Notes: generated by a model from the sequence alone, not told the origin. Counted from the stretch's first letter, positions 28,280 to 39,675 are shown. The stretch is DNA of 64,000 nucleotides from Candidatus Nanohalarchaeota archaeon (GCA_017610385.1 JAFCCC010000001.1:1-64000); one strand, 5' to 3'. A program made the numbers and translations.

Positions 28280-30304
28280 ATGGAACTAAAAACATCCCAG
28301 AAATTAAATTTTCAAGATAAAATTGATCAGTTTGAAGAGTTCTTTAGAGATCAGTATAGTTCAGAAATAGCTATAATTTTGAGTGAAGGAATAACTCATC
28401 TAAAAATAGATTATCAAATTCTACAAAAATTCAATACACAATTAGCAGATATACTATTAGAGGATCCAGAAGAATGCCTTCAGTCGGCGCAAAAAGCATT
28501 AGAAAACATAAATGTGTTAGAAGGGATCTCGGTAGTTCCGCGCTTCTTTAATCTTAATAAAGAAGATTGTATACGAATTCGGGATCTAAGAAGCATTCAT
28601 ATCGGTAAATTAATTACAATTGAAGGCATGATTAAAAGAGCATCAGAAGTACGTCCAGAAGTTATTTCTGCTGTTTTTGAATGTTCAAATTGTGGTCAAA
28701 CGTATGAAAAAGAACAGAAATCTACAGAATTGAGATCTCCCTATGAATGTAGCAATTGTGGTCAAAGAAAATTTGAAATTGTTCAAAAGAAAATGATAGA
28801 TGTACAAGTAATAACTATTGAAGAAAGTCCAGAAGACATTGAAGGCACAGAACAACCAAGCAGAATATCCGGATATTTAAGAGGGGATTTAGTAGATCCA
28901 GAATTCAGAAAAAAGGTTGTTCCAGGAAACAAAGTTTCGCTTACTGGTGTTCTAAAGGAGTCTCCAATGAAATCAACATCTAAAAGATATGATCTTTTCA
29001 TGGAGGTTGGTTATTTAGAACCTAAAGAAATGGAATTTGAAGAGTTGGCGATTTTACCGAAAGAAGAAAAAGAGATTTTAAAATTATCTAAGGATCCTAT
29101 GATTTTAGAAAAAATAGTGGATTCTATGGCTCCATCAATTTATGGTTTCAGAGAAGTCAAAAAGTCAATAGCACTACAGTTATTTTCAGGAGTTAGAAAA
29201 GAAAGACTTGATGGGACAGTAACGAGAGGAGACATGCATATCTTACTTATTGGAGAACCAGGAACTGGTAAATCAATGATTTTAAAATTCGTTGGAAAAT
29301 TAGCGCCTAAAGGGAGATATATTGTGGGAAAATCTAGTACGGCGGCAGGAATTACTGCATCCGTAGTCAAAGATGAATTAACAGAGGGTTATGCCCTTGA
29401 AGCTGGTGCATTGGTCTTAGCAAATAAGGGTATTGCGTGTATAGATGAAATAGATAAGATGAGATCCGAGGATCGCAGTGCACTACATGAAGCAATGGAA
29501 CAACAAACAATCACAGTTAGTAAAGCAAATATTCATGCCACCTTACAATCTAGAACATCCGTTTTAGCTGCTGGTAATCCAAAATTTGGTAGATTTGATC
29601 CTTTTAAACCCGTAGCAGAGCAAATTAACATTTCAGATAGTTTATTATCCCGTTTTGATTTAATATTCCCCATAAGAGATATACCAAACAAAGAAAATGA
29701 TCTCAAATTAGTTAATCATATTTTGAGTATGCATAGAGAACCAAACAAAAAACGAGCAGTAATTGATCAAAAATTATTAAGAAAATATATTGCTTATGCT
29801 AAAAGAAATATTCATCCTAACCTTACTAATGACGCGGAAGACGAAATTAAAAAATTTTATATAGGCATAAGAACTAAAAAGGGTGCTAGAGAAGAAGGAG
29901 ATTTATCTATACCAATTTCAGCTAGACAACTAGAAGCTTTAATTAGATTATCAGAAGCAGCAGCAAAATCTAGGTTAAGTGAAGTTGTAGAAGTAAAAGA
30001 TACAAAAGTGGCAATAGATTCTCTAACTTTTTGTTTAAAAGAAGTTGGCATAGATCCTGAAACAGGTGAATTTGACATAGATAGAATAGAATCTGGCATT
30101 ACTACATCTCAAAGAAGCAGAATTAAGATTATCATGGATATAATACAAAATTTGAGTAACGAATTAGGAGAAGCGGTTCCAATAGAAGACGTAATTGCAG
30201 AATCTGAAGAACAAGGAATTACTGGCGTAGACGATATTATTAAAAAATTAAAGCAAGAAGGAGAAATATTTGAACCAAAATCCGGACACATACAAAAAAT
30301 TTAG
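28280..30304 (+). CDS. mcm: MCM replicative helicase
   Basis: Zn finger, GEPGTGKS, IDEIDKM, SRFD; no intein. Confidence 0.98.
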   Translation: MELKTSQKLNFQDKIDQFEEFFRDQYSSEIAIILSEGITHLKIDYQILQKFNTQLADILLEDPEECLQSAQKALENINVLEGISVVPRFFNLNKEDCIRIRDLRSIHIGKLITIEGMIKRASEVRPEVISAVFECSNCGQTYEKEQKSTELRSPYECSNCGQRKFEIVQKKMIDVQVITIEESPEDIEGTEQPSRISGYLRGDLVDPEFRKKVVPGNKVSLTGVLKESPMKSTSKRYDLFMEVGYLEPKEMEFEELAILPKEEKEILKLSKDPMILEKIVDSMAPSIYGFREVKKSIALQLFSGVRKERLDGTVTRGDMHILLIGEPGTGKSMILKFVGKLAPKGRYIVGKSSTAAGITASVVKDELTEGYALEAGALVLANKGIACIDEIDKMRSEDRSALHEAMEQQTITVSKANIHATLQSRTSVLAAGNPKFGRFDPFKPVAEQINISDSLLSRFDLIFPIRDIPNKENDLKLVNHILSMHREPNKKRAVIDQKLLRKYIAYAKRNIHPNLTNDAEDEIKKFYIGIRTKKGAREEGDLSIPISARQLEALIRLSEAAAKSRLSEVVEVKDTKVAIDSLTFCLKEVGIDPETGEFDIDRIESGITTSQRSRIKIIMDIIQNLSNELGEAVPIEDVIAESEEQGITGVDDIIKKLKQEGEIFEPKSGHIQKI

Positions 30305-30313
30305 GGGAATAAT

Positions 30314-31129
30314 GTGATAAGAAAAAGACAAATTGCGAGAAAAGCAGTAATAAAGGAAATAACTGCGGCAAAATATTTTAAAAAAGAAGGTTTTGAGCCA
30401 AATTATATAATAACACGGACTGGCCGAAAAATTTCAAGGGTTTCTTTTATTGCAACAATAGTAGATACTTATAAAAACGACGCAGGAACATACGGTGCAA
30501 TAACTTTTGATGATGGAACAGATACAATAAGAGCCAAATATTTTAAGGATTTAACAGACATGGAAGCTGCTTCAAAGGGAGAAATAGTGGAAGTGATAGG
30601 TAAAGTGAAAGAATATGGTGAAGAAGTGTACATAATTACAGAACACATGTTCCCGCGCGATGCATCCTTTGAATTATTAAGAAAAGTTGAACACAAACAA
30701 ATTATTTCTAAGTGGTTGCCTTTGGTTGATAAATTACGAGAAAAAATTAAGTCCAATGCATCACTTGAAGAGATTCTTATGGAATTTAATGGAAAACTAA
30801 CTGAGGAAGAAATTCAGGGGTTGTCTGAATTTTACTCTATAGAATCTGAATTTGGGGTTAAAAAAGAATCTGAGACGGTGGAATCACGGGCTTTAGAAGA
30901 AAAAGTAAGGGGAAATGCTTCCGAATCCAAAGAAAGTGAAAAGGTTTTAAGTAATGAAAAACTAATTTTGAAAATTGTAGACGAAGTAGATGATGGGTTA
31001 GGAGCAGAATATTCTCAAATAATACAAAAAGCCGACTTAAGTTCAGAGCAAGTTGAATCAACAATAAATAATTTATTAAGTGATGGTACGTGTTATGAAC
31101 CGCGACCAGGAAAAATAAAGAGGTTGTAA
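30314..31129 (+). CDS. RPA32-like OB-fold/wHTH protein
   Basis: DDGTDTI, C-terminal YEPRPG; follows mcm. Confidence 0.8.
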   Translation: MIRKRQIARKAVIKEITAAKYFKKEGFEPNYIITRTGRKISRVSFIATIVDTYKNDAGTYGAITFDDGTDTIRAKYFKDLTDMEAASKGEIVEVIGKVKEYGEEVYIITEHMFPRDASFELLRKVEHKQIISKWLPLVDKLREKIKSNASLEEILMEFNGKLTEEEIQGLSEFYSIESEFGVKKESETVESRALEEKVRGNASESKESEKVLSNEKLILKIVDEVDDGLGAEYSQIIQKADLSSEQVESTINNLLSDGTCYEPRPGKIKRL

Positions 31130-31131
31130 AT

Positions 31132-31521
31132 ATGAATTATGAAGAAATGTTAAATAGAGGAAGAAGCAGTATGCCAAAAGAAACAGGAGATAATCATAGA
31201 TTTGAAATTCCAAAACTAAAAGCCAGATTAGTGGGTAATAAAACCCTTATTCAGAATTTTAAAGAATTGTCTTTTACACTAAATCGAAGTGAGAATTTGC
31301 TTTCCAAACAATTATTAAAAGAAATTGGCACTTATGGAACTATTGAAAAACAAGGTTTATTGCTTAATGGAAAATTTTCACTAGTATTTTTAAATCAAAA
31401 ATTAAAAGACTATTGTAAAAAATACATTTTGTGTGAAAAATGTAATAGACCAGATACGAAGATTATCAAAAATGGAACTTTTCTAAAATGTGAGGCCTGT
31501 GGATTTACTAAACCGTTATAA
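31132..31521 (+). CDS. eif2b: translation initiation factor aIF2 beta
   Basis: RFEIP, C..C.RPDT, CEACG. Confidence 0.93.
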   Translation: MNYEEMLNRGRSSMPKETGDNHRFEIPKLKARLVGNKTLIQNFKELSFTLNRSENLLSKQLLKEIGTYGTIEKQGLLLNGKFSLVFLNQKLKDYCKKYILCEKCNRPDTKIIKNGTFLKCEACGFTKPL

Positions 31522-31608
31522 CTCTGATCTTGCATTCAAAATTCATGAAAATCTAAATTCTATGTGCAAGTAGTCAAGGTTTAAAAAGAATCCTTTCAAT
31601 GGTTATGC

Positions 31609-31944
31609 ATGGTTAGAAAAAATAGCAAGAAGACTCAACAGAATCCAGAAGAAATAATTACTAGAGCAAGACTTCCTAAATCTGGAGAAGTACTGGGAGT
31701 AGTGCTTTCAAAAATGGGTGGACGGCATTTTAGAGTATTTTGCTCAGACAAAAAAGAAAGACTTTGTAGAATTCCTGGTGGAAAAAAACGAGGAATGTGG
31801 ATTGATATTGATTCTTTTGTACTTGTTAAAATATGGGAAATTCAAGGAGACGAACGAGGAGATATTATTTGGAAATATAGAAAAGCGCAGATTAGATGGT
31901 TAGAAAAGAATGGTCATTTAAAAGATATGAAAGAGTTTCTATAA
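31609..31944 (+). CDS. eif1a: translation initiation factor aIF1A
   Basis: RLP, RLCRIPG, RGDIIWKY. Confidence 0.95.
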   Translation: MVRKNSKKTQQNPEEIITRARLPKSGEVLGVVLSKMGGRHFRVFCSDKKERLCRIPGGKKRGMWIDIDSFVLVKIWEIQGDERGDIIWKYRKAQIRWLEKNGHLKDMKEFL

Positions 31945-32008
31945 ACTAACACATAACTGGTGTTTTATAGTAGAATAATATTTATATATTCGTATATAGT
32001 ATAATAAT

Positions 32009-32515
32009 ATGCAGCTAATACTGATTCCGGAAAAAAGGGCATCTATACTCCTTAAAAATAGAAAAAAGAACGTTGAGAAGATTGAGAATTTACTTCATGC
32101 GAAGATTAAGGCCACAAAAACCGGTGAAGTAGAAGTCTCATGCACAGATGCTATTGAAGAACTAATTACTTGCGATATCATCAAAGCTATCGGCAGGGGA
32201 TTTTCAGTAGAAGACTCGTTAAAATTGTTAGAAGATAATTCCGGATTTCAAGTCATATCCATAACAGATTTTGTAAACACAAAGGCTGCGGAAATACGAC
32301 TAAAGGGGCGTATAATTGGAAGGGAAGGAAAAATCAAATCCTTTCTTGAAAAAGAATTAGATATAAATATGTGCATTTACGGAAAAACAGTATCAGTTAT
32401 TGGCAACTACAATAATATTGAAGTTGCAAAACAAATTATTGAACTTCTTTTGAAGGGCGGATCTTACGCGTCAATGCGTAAAATAATCCAAAAGAATTCA
32501 GAAAATATTCGGTGA
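32009..32515 (+). CDS. KH-domain rRNA-processing protein (Dim2/Pno1)
   Basis: AIGRGF, GRIIGREG, IYGKTV. Confidence 0.9.
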   Translation: MQLILIPEKRASILLKNRKKNVEKIENLLHAKIKATKTGEVEVSCTDAIEELITCDIIKAIGRGFSVEDSLKLLEDNSGFQVISITDFVNTKAAEIRLKGRIIGREGKIKSFLEKELDINMCIYGKTVSVIGNYNNIEVAKQIIELLLKGGSYASMRKIIQKNSENIR

Positions 32516-34149
32516 AATTAATGGACGAGCATAGAGAGATTAGCATTGCAGAGTTTTTTGAAAAAAATAGACATCTATTAGGATTTAGCAATTTCCAAAA
32601 AGCAATAGTTACTTGTGTAAAAGAAGCAGTTGATAATTCATTAGATGCAGCAGAAGAGGAGGACATACTTCCTGAAGTGCACGTAATAATAGAAGATTTA
32701 GGAAAAGATAGATTAAGACTAACTTTTAAAGATAATGCGTCGGGTATTGCTAAAAAACATATTCCAAAAGTCTTTGGAAAATTATTGTATGGAAGTAAAT
32801 TTCATAAATTGATGCAGAGCAGAGGACAGCAAGGCATAGGAATTTCTGCTGCCGCATTATACGCACAACTAACTACAGGAAATCCAATACAGATTATTTC
32901 AAAATTAAAAGGATCTACAAAAGTTCATGCGTTTACTTTACATTTGGATACTAGAAAAAACGAACCAGAAATTATTAAAGAAGAACTACTAGACACATAT
33001 GAATTCCCTCATGGAACATCTATTCAAATGGATATAGAAGCAAAATATACTCGAGGGACTCATTCTGTATTTCAGTATTTAAAAAGTGTAGCAATTGTAA
33101 ATCCGTCAGCAAAGCTCATACTACAAGAACCTGACGGAAAAATTTATGAATTCCCAAGAGTAACTAAAGACTTGCCGAAAAAAGCTAAAGAAATTAAACC
33201 ACACCCATATGGAGTCGAGCTCGGAATTTTAATGAGAATGCTAAAAGAAACTAAAGCTAGAACTATAGGTTCATTCTTGATGTCGGAATTTACTCGAGTT
33301 GGCAAGACCACTGCACAACAAATCTGTAAAGCTGCTGAGATTGATGTTGTAAATGGCATACGGTTTGTTACGGGATGGGAAAGACGCCCGAATACACTTT
33401 CTAAAGACGATATTGAAAGAATTTTAAGAGCAATGCAAACGACTAACATTCAGAATCCTCCAACAGATTGCCTAGCACCAATCGGAGAAGAATTACTGAA
33501 TAAAGGACTAATAAAAGAACTCAATCCAGAATTCTCCGCAGTAGTTACCAGAAATCCCTCTGTATATAGAGGAATGCCATTTCAGATAGAAACTGCAATA
33601 GCATATGGTGGTGGGATTACTGAAGGACGTTTGATGAGATTTGCCAATAAAGTTCCATTACTATATCAACAAAGTGCAGGAGTAACTATGAAAGCTTTAA
33701 AAAGCACGGATTGGCCAAGATATGGTTTAAAACAATCTGGAGATCTTCCACAGGGTCCTGTACTAGTATTAATGCATATGTGTTCTGTGTGGGTTCCATT
33801 TACATCTGAGGGTAAACAAGCAATTGCAGATTACCCAGAAATACTAAAAGAAATGAAACTTGCTCTTCAAGAAGTTGGAAGAAAACTGAGAACATATATA
33901 AGTAAAAAAAGAAAAGGCCAAATAGAAGAGAAAAAGTTTAAAACGCTTACCGCATATGCTAAAGAAATGGTTGAACCACTTGCTTATTTGGTGGAAACAA
34001 CAACAAAAGAAGACATATCTATGTATTTTGAAGCACTTTTAAAGTCTAAATATACGATGATTGGTGGTGTCGCAATAGATAATGAAACATTAAAAGAATT
34101 GCAAAAAGAGGTATCACAACAGGAGGAAGAAAATGCCAGCACTGAGTGA
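32512..34149 (+). CDS. top6B: DNA topoisomerase VI subunit B
   Basis: EAVDNSLDA, SRGQQGIG, RFANKVPL. Confidence 0.97.
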   Translation: MKLMDEHREISIAEFFEKNRHLLGFSNFQKAIVTCVKEAVDNSLDAAEEEDILPEVHVIIEDLGKDRLRLTFKDNASGIAKKHIPKVFGKLLYGSKFHKLMQSRGQQGIGISAAALYAQLTTGNPIQIISKLKGSTKVHAFTLHLDTRKNEPEIIKEELLDTYEFPHGTSIQMDIEAKYTRGTHSVFQYLKSVAIVNPSAKLILQEPDGKIYEFPRVTKDLPKKAKEIKPHPYGVELGILMRMLKETKARTIGSFLMSEFTRVGKTTAQQICKAAEIDVVNGIRFVTGWERRPNTLSKDDIERILRAMQTTNIQNPPTDCLAPIGEELLNKGLIKELNPEFSAVVTRNPSVYRGMPFQIETAIAYGGGITEGRLMRFANKVPLLYQQSAGVTMKALKSTDWPRYGLKQSGDLPQGPVLVLMHMCSVWVPFTSEGKQAIADYPEILKEMKLALQEVGRKLRTYISKKRKGQIEEKKFKTLTAYAKEMVEPLAYLVETTTKEDISMYFEALLKSKYTMIGGVAIDNETLKELQKEVSQQEEENASTE

Positions 34150-35254
34150 AGATAAAAATACAATTGAAAAATTAACGAATCTGGGTAAAAAATTACTTAG
34201 TGAATTAAAACAAAAGGAAAGTCCTTATTTTGATCGGCCAGTTAGGTCTCTTTCTAATGTCATATTTGATGAGAAGGCAGGAACCTTAAAATTAGGAGAT
34301 AGAACATCTAGAAGAACTTTTTTGAATATCGGACACGCACGAACTTTTATGCAATCGGTTATGATTGCGGCAAAATGTAAAGAATTAGTCAAAAATGAAA
34401 GATCTGCATCTATCAGAGAATTATATTATCAATTAAAACATACTATTCCGGGCCTTACTGACAATACTTTGGAAGGACAAGAAGAAAGCAATCCAGTAAT
34501 CGTAGATTTAGAAACTGCATTAGATGCATTAAGAGAATATTTACACTTAACAGCAGATCGAAGTGGTCAATTATTTGGACCATTAACAATAGAAGATCAG
34601 GGAGATAAAATAGATTGTTTGAGGTTAGGAAAATCAGGATTATCTATTCCATCCATTGTTGATGATTATAAATTCTTAGATCATGATGCTGAGTTTATTT
34701 TAGTCGTTGAAACAGGCGCTATGGGAGATAGATTAGTTGAAGAAAAATTTCATATAAAAAACAAAGCTATATTAGTATCAAGCGGGGGTCAGCCTTCTAG
34801 AGGAGTTAGGAGATTAACTCATTTACTGCATCAAAAGTTAGAATTACCAGTATACGTATTTACAGATGGGGATCCGTGGGGATTCTATATATATTCTGTT
34901 CTGAAAACAGGTTCAATGAACTTAGCTTTTGAATCTAAAAGATTAGCGACACCGTCTTCTAAATTCATTGGAATGACCATTGAAGATATTGAAAAATATG
35001 GTTTGAAAAAAGTTACAGAAAAATTAAAGGGCATTCCAGCCAAAAAAGCAGGAGGTCCTACAGAAGATTATAAAAGAGCTATTGAATTGAAAAATTATGC
35101 GTGGTTCAAACACGAACTATGGCAAAAAGAATTAGATAAAATGTTAGCAACGGGTATGAGAATAGAGCAACAGGCTTTGGCATCTAAAAAATTAGAGTTC
35201 GTGTCTGATACGTATCTTCCTGAAAAAATCAAAAATCACGAATTCCTCCCATAA
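34133..35254 (+). CDS. top6A: DNA topoisomerase VI subunit A
   Basis: RELYY, TDGDPWG, EQQAL. Confidence 0.97.
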   Translation: MPALSEDKNTIEKLTNLGKKLLSELKQKESPYFDRPVRSLSNVIFDEKAGTLKLGDRTSRRTFLNIGHARTFMQSVMIAAKCKELVKNERSASIRELYYQLKHTIPGLTDNTLEGQEESNPVIVDLETALDALREYLHLTADRSGQLFGPLTIEDQGDKIDCLRLGKSGLSIPSIVDDYKFLDHDAEFILVVETGAMGDRLVEEKFHIKNKAILVSSGGQPSRGVRRLTHLLHQKLELPVYVFTDGDPWGFYIYSVLKTGSMNLAFESKRLATPSSKFIGMTIEDIEKYGLKKVTEKLKGIPAKKAGGPTEDYKRAIELKNYAWFKHELWQKELDKMLATGMRIEQQALASKKLEFVSDTYLPEKIKNHEFLP

Positions 35255-35298
35255 GTTGGTTCAGCTTTTTATTTGTTTCCACAGAATACTTTATAGAC

Positions 35299-35372
35299 GG
35301 GACAATAGCTCAGCCTGGGAGAGCGCTCGGCTGAAGACCGAGGTGTCGTGGGTTCAAATCCCACTTGTCCCA
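35299..35372 (+). tRNA. tRNA-Phe(GAA)
   Basis: acceptor GGGACAA/TTGTCCC; arm CTCGG-CTGAAGA-CCGAG. Confidence 0.97.
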
Positions 35373-35479
35373 CACATAAATAATATATTACATACTCAAG
35401 TTCTGAATAATATTTGTAGTTAATTAACAAATTGATTTTACTATATATTTTTATATTAGCACACAATAAATGCTTAATT

Positions 35480-36226
35480 ATGCGCGCACTTAAAGGAACC
35501 TTTCATATTTATGGCCGGCAACCAGTAGTAGAAGCATTAAAATCTAATTATCTAGTCGAACAAGTTTGGCTTGCTAAAGACATTCAAGAAAAAATAATCG
35601 ATGAAGTAAGATATCTCGCAGGAAAAAAAGGTGTTCCTATAAAATTTGTAGATAAAAATGAAATTCAAAAAATAAGTGGTGCGGTTGTACATCAAGGAAT
35701 TGCTGCGGTCATGGATCACATTAAAATACAGTCTTTTGATAATCTAGGATCATTTTTAAAAAGGAAAAAAAATCCATTTTTAATAATTTTAGATCAGGTT
35801 CAGGATCCACATAATGTGGGAGCTATTCTAAGGACTGCCGAAAGCTGTGGAGCAGATGGAATTATCATCCCAGAAAAAGGCTCTGCACCATTAAATGATA
35901 CTGTTGCTAAAACAAGTGTTGGTGCGATATTTCATCTGAATATATTTAAAGTAAATAAATTAGAAAAAGTAATTGAATTTTTAAATGATCAACAAATAAA
36001 AACATGTGCACTCATGCCAAATTCTGAAACATCTATGTATAAAATTAATTTAAAATCTGGGGTGGCAATTCTTGTGGGTAGCGAAGGAGCAGGTGTACGT
36101 AAAAACATAAGGAAATTATGCTCAAATAAAATCACAATTCCTCAATTCGGTAAAATTGATTCGTTAAATGCGTCTGTAGCAACCGCAGTTGTTTTGTATG
36201 AAGTAGTACGTCAGAGACATTCTTAA
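35480..36226 (+). CDS. rlmB: 23S rRNA Gm2251 methyltransferase RlmB-like (SpoU)
   Basis: IYGR.PV.EAL, HQGI, DPHNVGAILRTA, GSEG.G, SLNASVA. Confidence 0.88.
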   Translation: MRALKGTFHIYGRQPVVEALKSNYLVEQVWLAKDIQEKIIDEVRYLAGKKGVPIKFVDKNEIQKISGAVVHQGIAAVMDHIKIQSFDNLGSFLKRKKNPFLIILDQVQDPHNVGAILRTAESCGADGIIIPEKGSAPLNDTVAKTSVGAIFHLNIFKVNKLEKVIEFLNDQQIKTCALMPNSETSMYKINLKSGVAILVGSEGAGVRKNIRKLCSNKITIPQFGKIDSLNASVATAVVLYEVVRQRHS

Positions 36227-36371
36227 AACGAGTTAAAACACATTAATTCTTTGATTTGAGATAAAAAGTAATTATGAAAATTCAAACTATTTCGATTTGA
36301 AATAAAAAAGAAAAGAAATTTGGAAGAGTATTTAGCTCTTCACGAATTTAACTTGACTATTCATCCAACAA

Positions 36372-39011
36372 TTAACTTGGATATTCTGCGCTTGTCAAAG
36401 TAATTTCACTTACACCTGTTGCTGCTTTGTCGCTAAATGGTGCTACATCATATGTAGCAACTGCTTTGCTTGCAGATCTGGTATCGTCGGCGCTGTGACC
36501 AGCTACGACTAATGCTACTTTTCCTGAGACAAATGCGTCTTCAACCAAGACAACTTGAGCCATACCATCGTGTGCTCCATCTCTCCAGGTATCTAAATCC
36601 CAGACAGTAGAACCTTCTTGTGCAGATAAATCAGCTACCAAAGTATTGATTGCTGGTCCACCTATCAAGATTAAGTTGTTATCGCTCTTAATTGATGGTG
36701 TTACTTCAGTGTCTAACCATGCAGCGTTAGCTAATAAGTCACCTTGTGTGCTTTCTGTGTAGGTAACATCAGTTGAACCGCCACCAATAGTTATAACTGG
36801 TTCTTCTCCTACTGCAACAGCTGCAATGGATTGCTCATCTGGATAATAGATGGTAATTGTTCCTTGTTCGTATGTGTACTGTTTTACGAAAGCACCATAT
36901 CGATCAACTGTTTTGTAGGTGTATGTGTCACCAATCATATTGTCTTTGTAGTTTGTTGCAGGTGCAGATGCATCTGTATAAACTACAGTTGAACTCCATC
37001 CCATTTTCATAGGCGCTGTTCCAGACGTTCCACCAATTGCAATGATTGCATCTCTTACTTCAGATCCACCACTATTCTTGCCTTTTTCTTCTAATAACAA
37101 GACCATTGGATGTAACAAAGGAAGGACTCCACCGATTGTAGTTATATTGGAGGTAGACATACCATTTGTCAAGGCGTATGTAATTCTTCCTGCACTAACA
37201 GACGTTGTTGCATTGGTAATCCCGACAATAGTTGTTCCTGCACTGCCACCGGGTACTTCATAATACGTTGTAGTGAGATTGCCATTAGCCAATCCTTGTG
37301 TTGAAACGTTGTTTAGGAAAGTTAGAAACTCTCCATTTGCTCCCTTGATTAAGGGGAATAGAGTGGTTATATTTCCTGTACTACCGAAGGTTGCTGTGTC
37401 AGTTGAATCTGCGTTCCAGGTAAATTTAGCTACAGCAGATGTTGCGTTGACAAAGTATGTCAATCCATCAATATATGCGGTTGCATTTGTATATCCTGGT
37501 GCTTCCAGATAGATTGTCGTTTTGTCGCCAGACATCATATCTGTTAACTCAACTTGTGGTGTTCCAGATGAATCTCCTACATCATCAATGTTTGATACTT
37601 GGAAGATGTGTGAGAAGTCTCCTTGAGATAGCAACACATATTCGTATTCAGGTACTGCTTCTCCTTCTATTACATGATACACCCTTGCGCTTGTATCTGT
37701 TAGGGTAGGAGTAACTGTTCCTGTGACTGTGTCGTTATCATAACCAATTGACAAAGTCTTTTCATATCCTCTGTAATCAGTGAACTTTAAGGTTTGTGCG
37801 TTATCCCCAGAGGTAGCTAAGTAGGTTTGTGATCTGCCAGCGTCTTCTAAGTCAGGACTTACACCACCGAAAGCCACTTTGAAAGATCCAAAAACTGGGT
37901 CTACAAATGAATTTCCTTTTGCGATGTAATCTCCGGTTGCGTCTGGTGCTGCAACAGCAACTTCTAATTTAGAGATACCAGAATACTGTGTACCTGTATT
38001 AGTTGTATAAGTTCCATCAACAGAAGTTAAACTTGTTCCGGTTTTTACTTTATTTGCATTGTCTAAGCTAATTTTTTCAGAACCTAAGCTCAACGTTGCG
38101 TAGTTCTGTGTTAGGTCTGTACTACTTGCGTAAAATACGCTTTTAATGTAGATATTTAGACCTTCCAAGGTTGTACTTTCTCCTTGTGCGTAAGTTGAAC
38201 CGTCACTTACTCCATTAACTGTAAATGCAACATTGGAACTCGTGTCTACGACAGCCTTAACTACATAGTCTGTTCCACCAACAGTAACTGTTTGTTCTAC
38301 TCCGTGTGTAAATTGATCAGTTACACCATATCCATAAAGAATTAGTGTATTGTAATCTGATCCACTACCAATAGTGTAATCTTTGTTGAACAAAGTTAAT
38401 GTCTTACCTTGTACTCTGGAATTAGATATATTCAATAATTTATTGAACACAACTCTTGCAGTATATAATGGTGCTGCAACATTAGTTCCACCAGTACCTG
38501 AATCTACATACATTACGGGATCTATACTTTCGCCAGATTTTCCAAACGTAACTGTTCGGCTTCCCATGACCAAGTATTGATCATAGGTGTAATCTACACC
38601 TGAAACACTAAGGGTACCAGATGCAAGAAGATTTGGTAATTCGTTTTTAGTTATTGTCGTTTTCGCGCTGTTTATGGCGTCGCCTAAATATAGTTTTGTA
38701 TTTGCAGTGTCTAAGGATTCACCACCTGTTACTGAAACAGATGCTGAGCCTGTTGCTGCAGTTGCGGTTTTTTCTTCGCTTGTTATAGCCAAGTTACCTA
38801 ATCGCTCTGCGATCTGGATACCACCAACTACGTCGGCAGTCATAGCCCCACTCCCAACTACAATTTGTGATGCAATATTTCCATTGCTCACAAAAGGACT
38901 TGGAAAGTCAGCTAGATCAAATGCGGAAACCATACCTAATGTGGCCCCCATCATTAATGCTCCAGATGCTAGTGCGCCAATCTTTCTGATCGTCGCTTTT
39001 AAATTTTGCAT
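36372..39011 (-). CDS. S-layer protein
   Basis: signal IRKIGALASGALMMGATL, FPSPFV, IVVG..A...DV; C-terminal NLILIGGPAIN...LVVAG...DT. Confidence 0.9.
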   Translation of the reverse strand: MQNLKATIRKIGALASGALMMGATLGMVSAFDLADFPSPFVSNGNIASQIVVGSGAMTADVVGGIQIAERLGNLAITSEEKTATAATGSASVSVTGGESLDTANTKLYLGDAINSAKTTITKNELPNLLASGTLSVSGVDYTYDQYLVMGSRTVTFGKSGESIDPVMYVDSGTGGTNVAAPLYTARVVFNKLLNISNSRVQGKTLTLFNKDYTIGSGSDYNTLILYGYGVTDQFTHGVEQTVTVGGTDYVVKAVVDTSSNVAFTVNGVSDGSTYAQGESTTLEGLNIYIKSVFYASSTDLTQNYATLSLGSEKISLDNANKVKTGTSLTSVDGTYTTNTGTQYSGISKLEVAVAAPDATGDYIAKGNSFVDPVFGSFKVAFGGVSPDLEDAGRSQTYLATSGDNAQTLKFTDYRGYEKTLSIGYDNDTVTGTVTPTLTDTSARVYHVIEGEAVPEYEYVLLSQGDFSHIFQVSNIDDVGDSSGTPQVELTDMMSGDKTTIYLEAPGYTNATAYIDGLTYFVNATSAVAKFTWNADSTDTATFGSTGNITTLFPLIKGANGEFLTFLNNVSTQGLANGNLTTTYYEVPGGSAGTTIVGITNATTSVSAGRITYALTNGMSTSNITTIGGVLPLLHPMVLLLEEKGKNSGGSEVRDAIIAIGGTSGTAPMKMGWSSTVVYTDASAPATNYKDNMIGDTYTYKTVDRYGAFVKQYTYEQGTITIYYPDEQSIAAVAVGEEPVITIGGGSTDVTYTESTQGDLLANAAWLDTEVTPSIKSDNNLILIGGPAINTLVADLSAQEGSTVWDLDTWRDGAHDGMAQVVLVEDAFVSGKVALVVAGHSADDTRSASKAVATYDVAPFSDKAATGVSEITLTSAEYPS

Positions 39012-39589
39012 TATTTTTTCACCTTTCTCAAATCAATTTTTGTTTTTCTCATTTTTCTCTGAACTAAGATTATCATCTATAAAACAATAGAGATAATTGT
39101 AAGTATCAAAGATGTTCTAAGAAGTATATTCTATAGATTCACATATATAACTGACTTGAAACCTTTGTGAAACCATTTTTAATCTGAATAAACATGCGCT
39201 TTATATGTTATTCTAGTATCACTTACTCCGTTCAATTGTTCCAATAGGCCCAAAAGACGGTAAAACTTGAAAGTAAGAGTATATAGCAGTTTTCGAATAT
39301 GTGAGTTTATTTTATTAATCTATTCTTTTAAATCCCTTCATATCCCTAAAAAGAAGTTATTATAACTTAAAGAACCTTATCGACAGCTTATCTATAAATA
39401 AGCTATGAGAAATAGTGATTTTTTGCATACAATCTAAAAAGTTATGATATTTTTAATAATTTTTCTTCATATTATTGTCGGTTTTGTTTGTTTTAGAAAT
39501 GTTTTAGAAGTATACTCTTAATAATTTTGTGACAATATATTAAAGTATTAATAACTGTTGAATAAACATATTACAAGTTATTCAAATTT

Positions 39590-39675
39590 GCCTTGGTAGC
39601 TTAGCTGGTAGAGCGCGTGGCTGTTAAAATTTTGCAGTAACCACGAGGTCGCAGGTTCAAGTCCTGCCCAAGGCG
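39590..39675 (+). tRNA. tRNA-Asn(GUU) with 13-nt intron 39627-39639 (37/38)
   Basis: cloverleaf; BHB CTGT/GCAG with TA|A bulges. Confidence 0.95.

Noticed and set aside
33340-33385. Apparent insertion in TopoVI-B (VVNGIRFVTGWE) as an in-frame intron
   Set aside because: A weak hairpin exists but no valid BHB could be built, and there is no stop codon
35269-35466. 65-aa ORF (and the similar one at 45365-45571)
   Set aside because: Antisense shadows of tRNA genes
39627-39639. tRNA-Asn intron as a guide RNA
   Set aside because: Only 13 nt, with no C/D boxes
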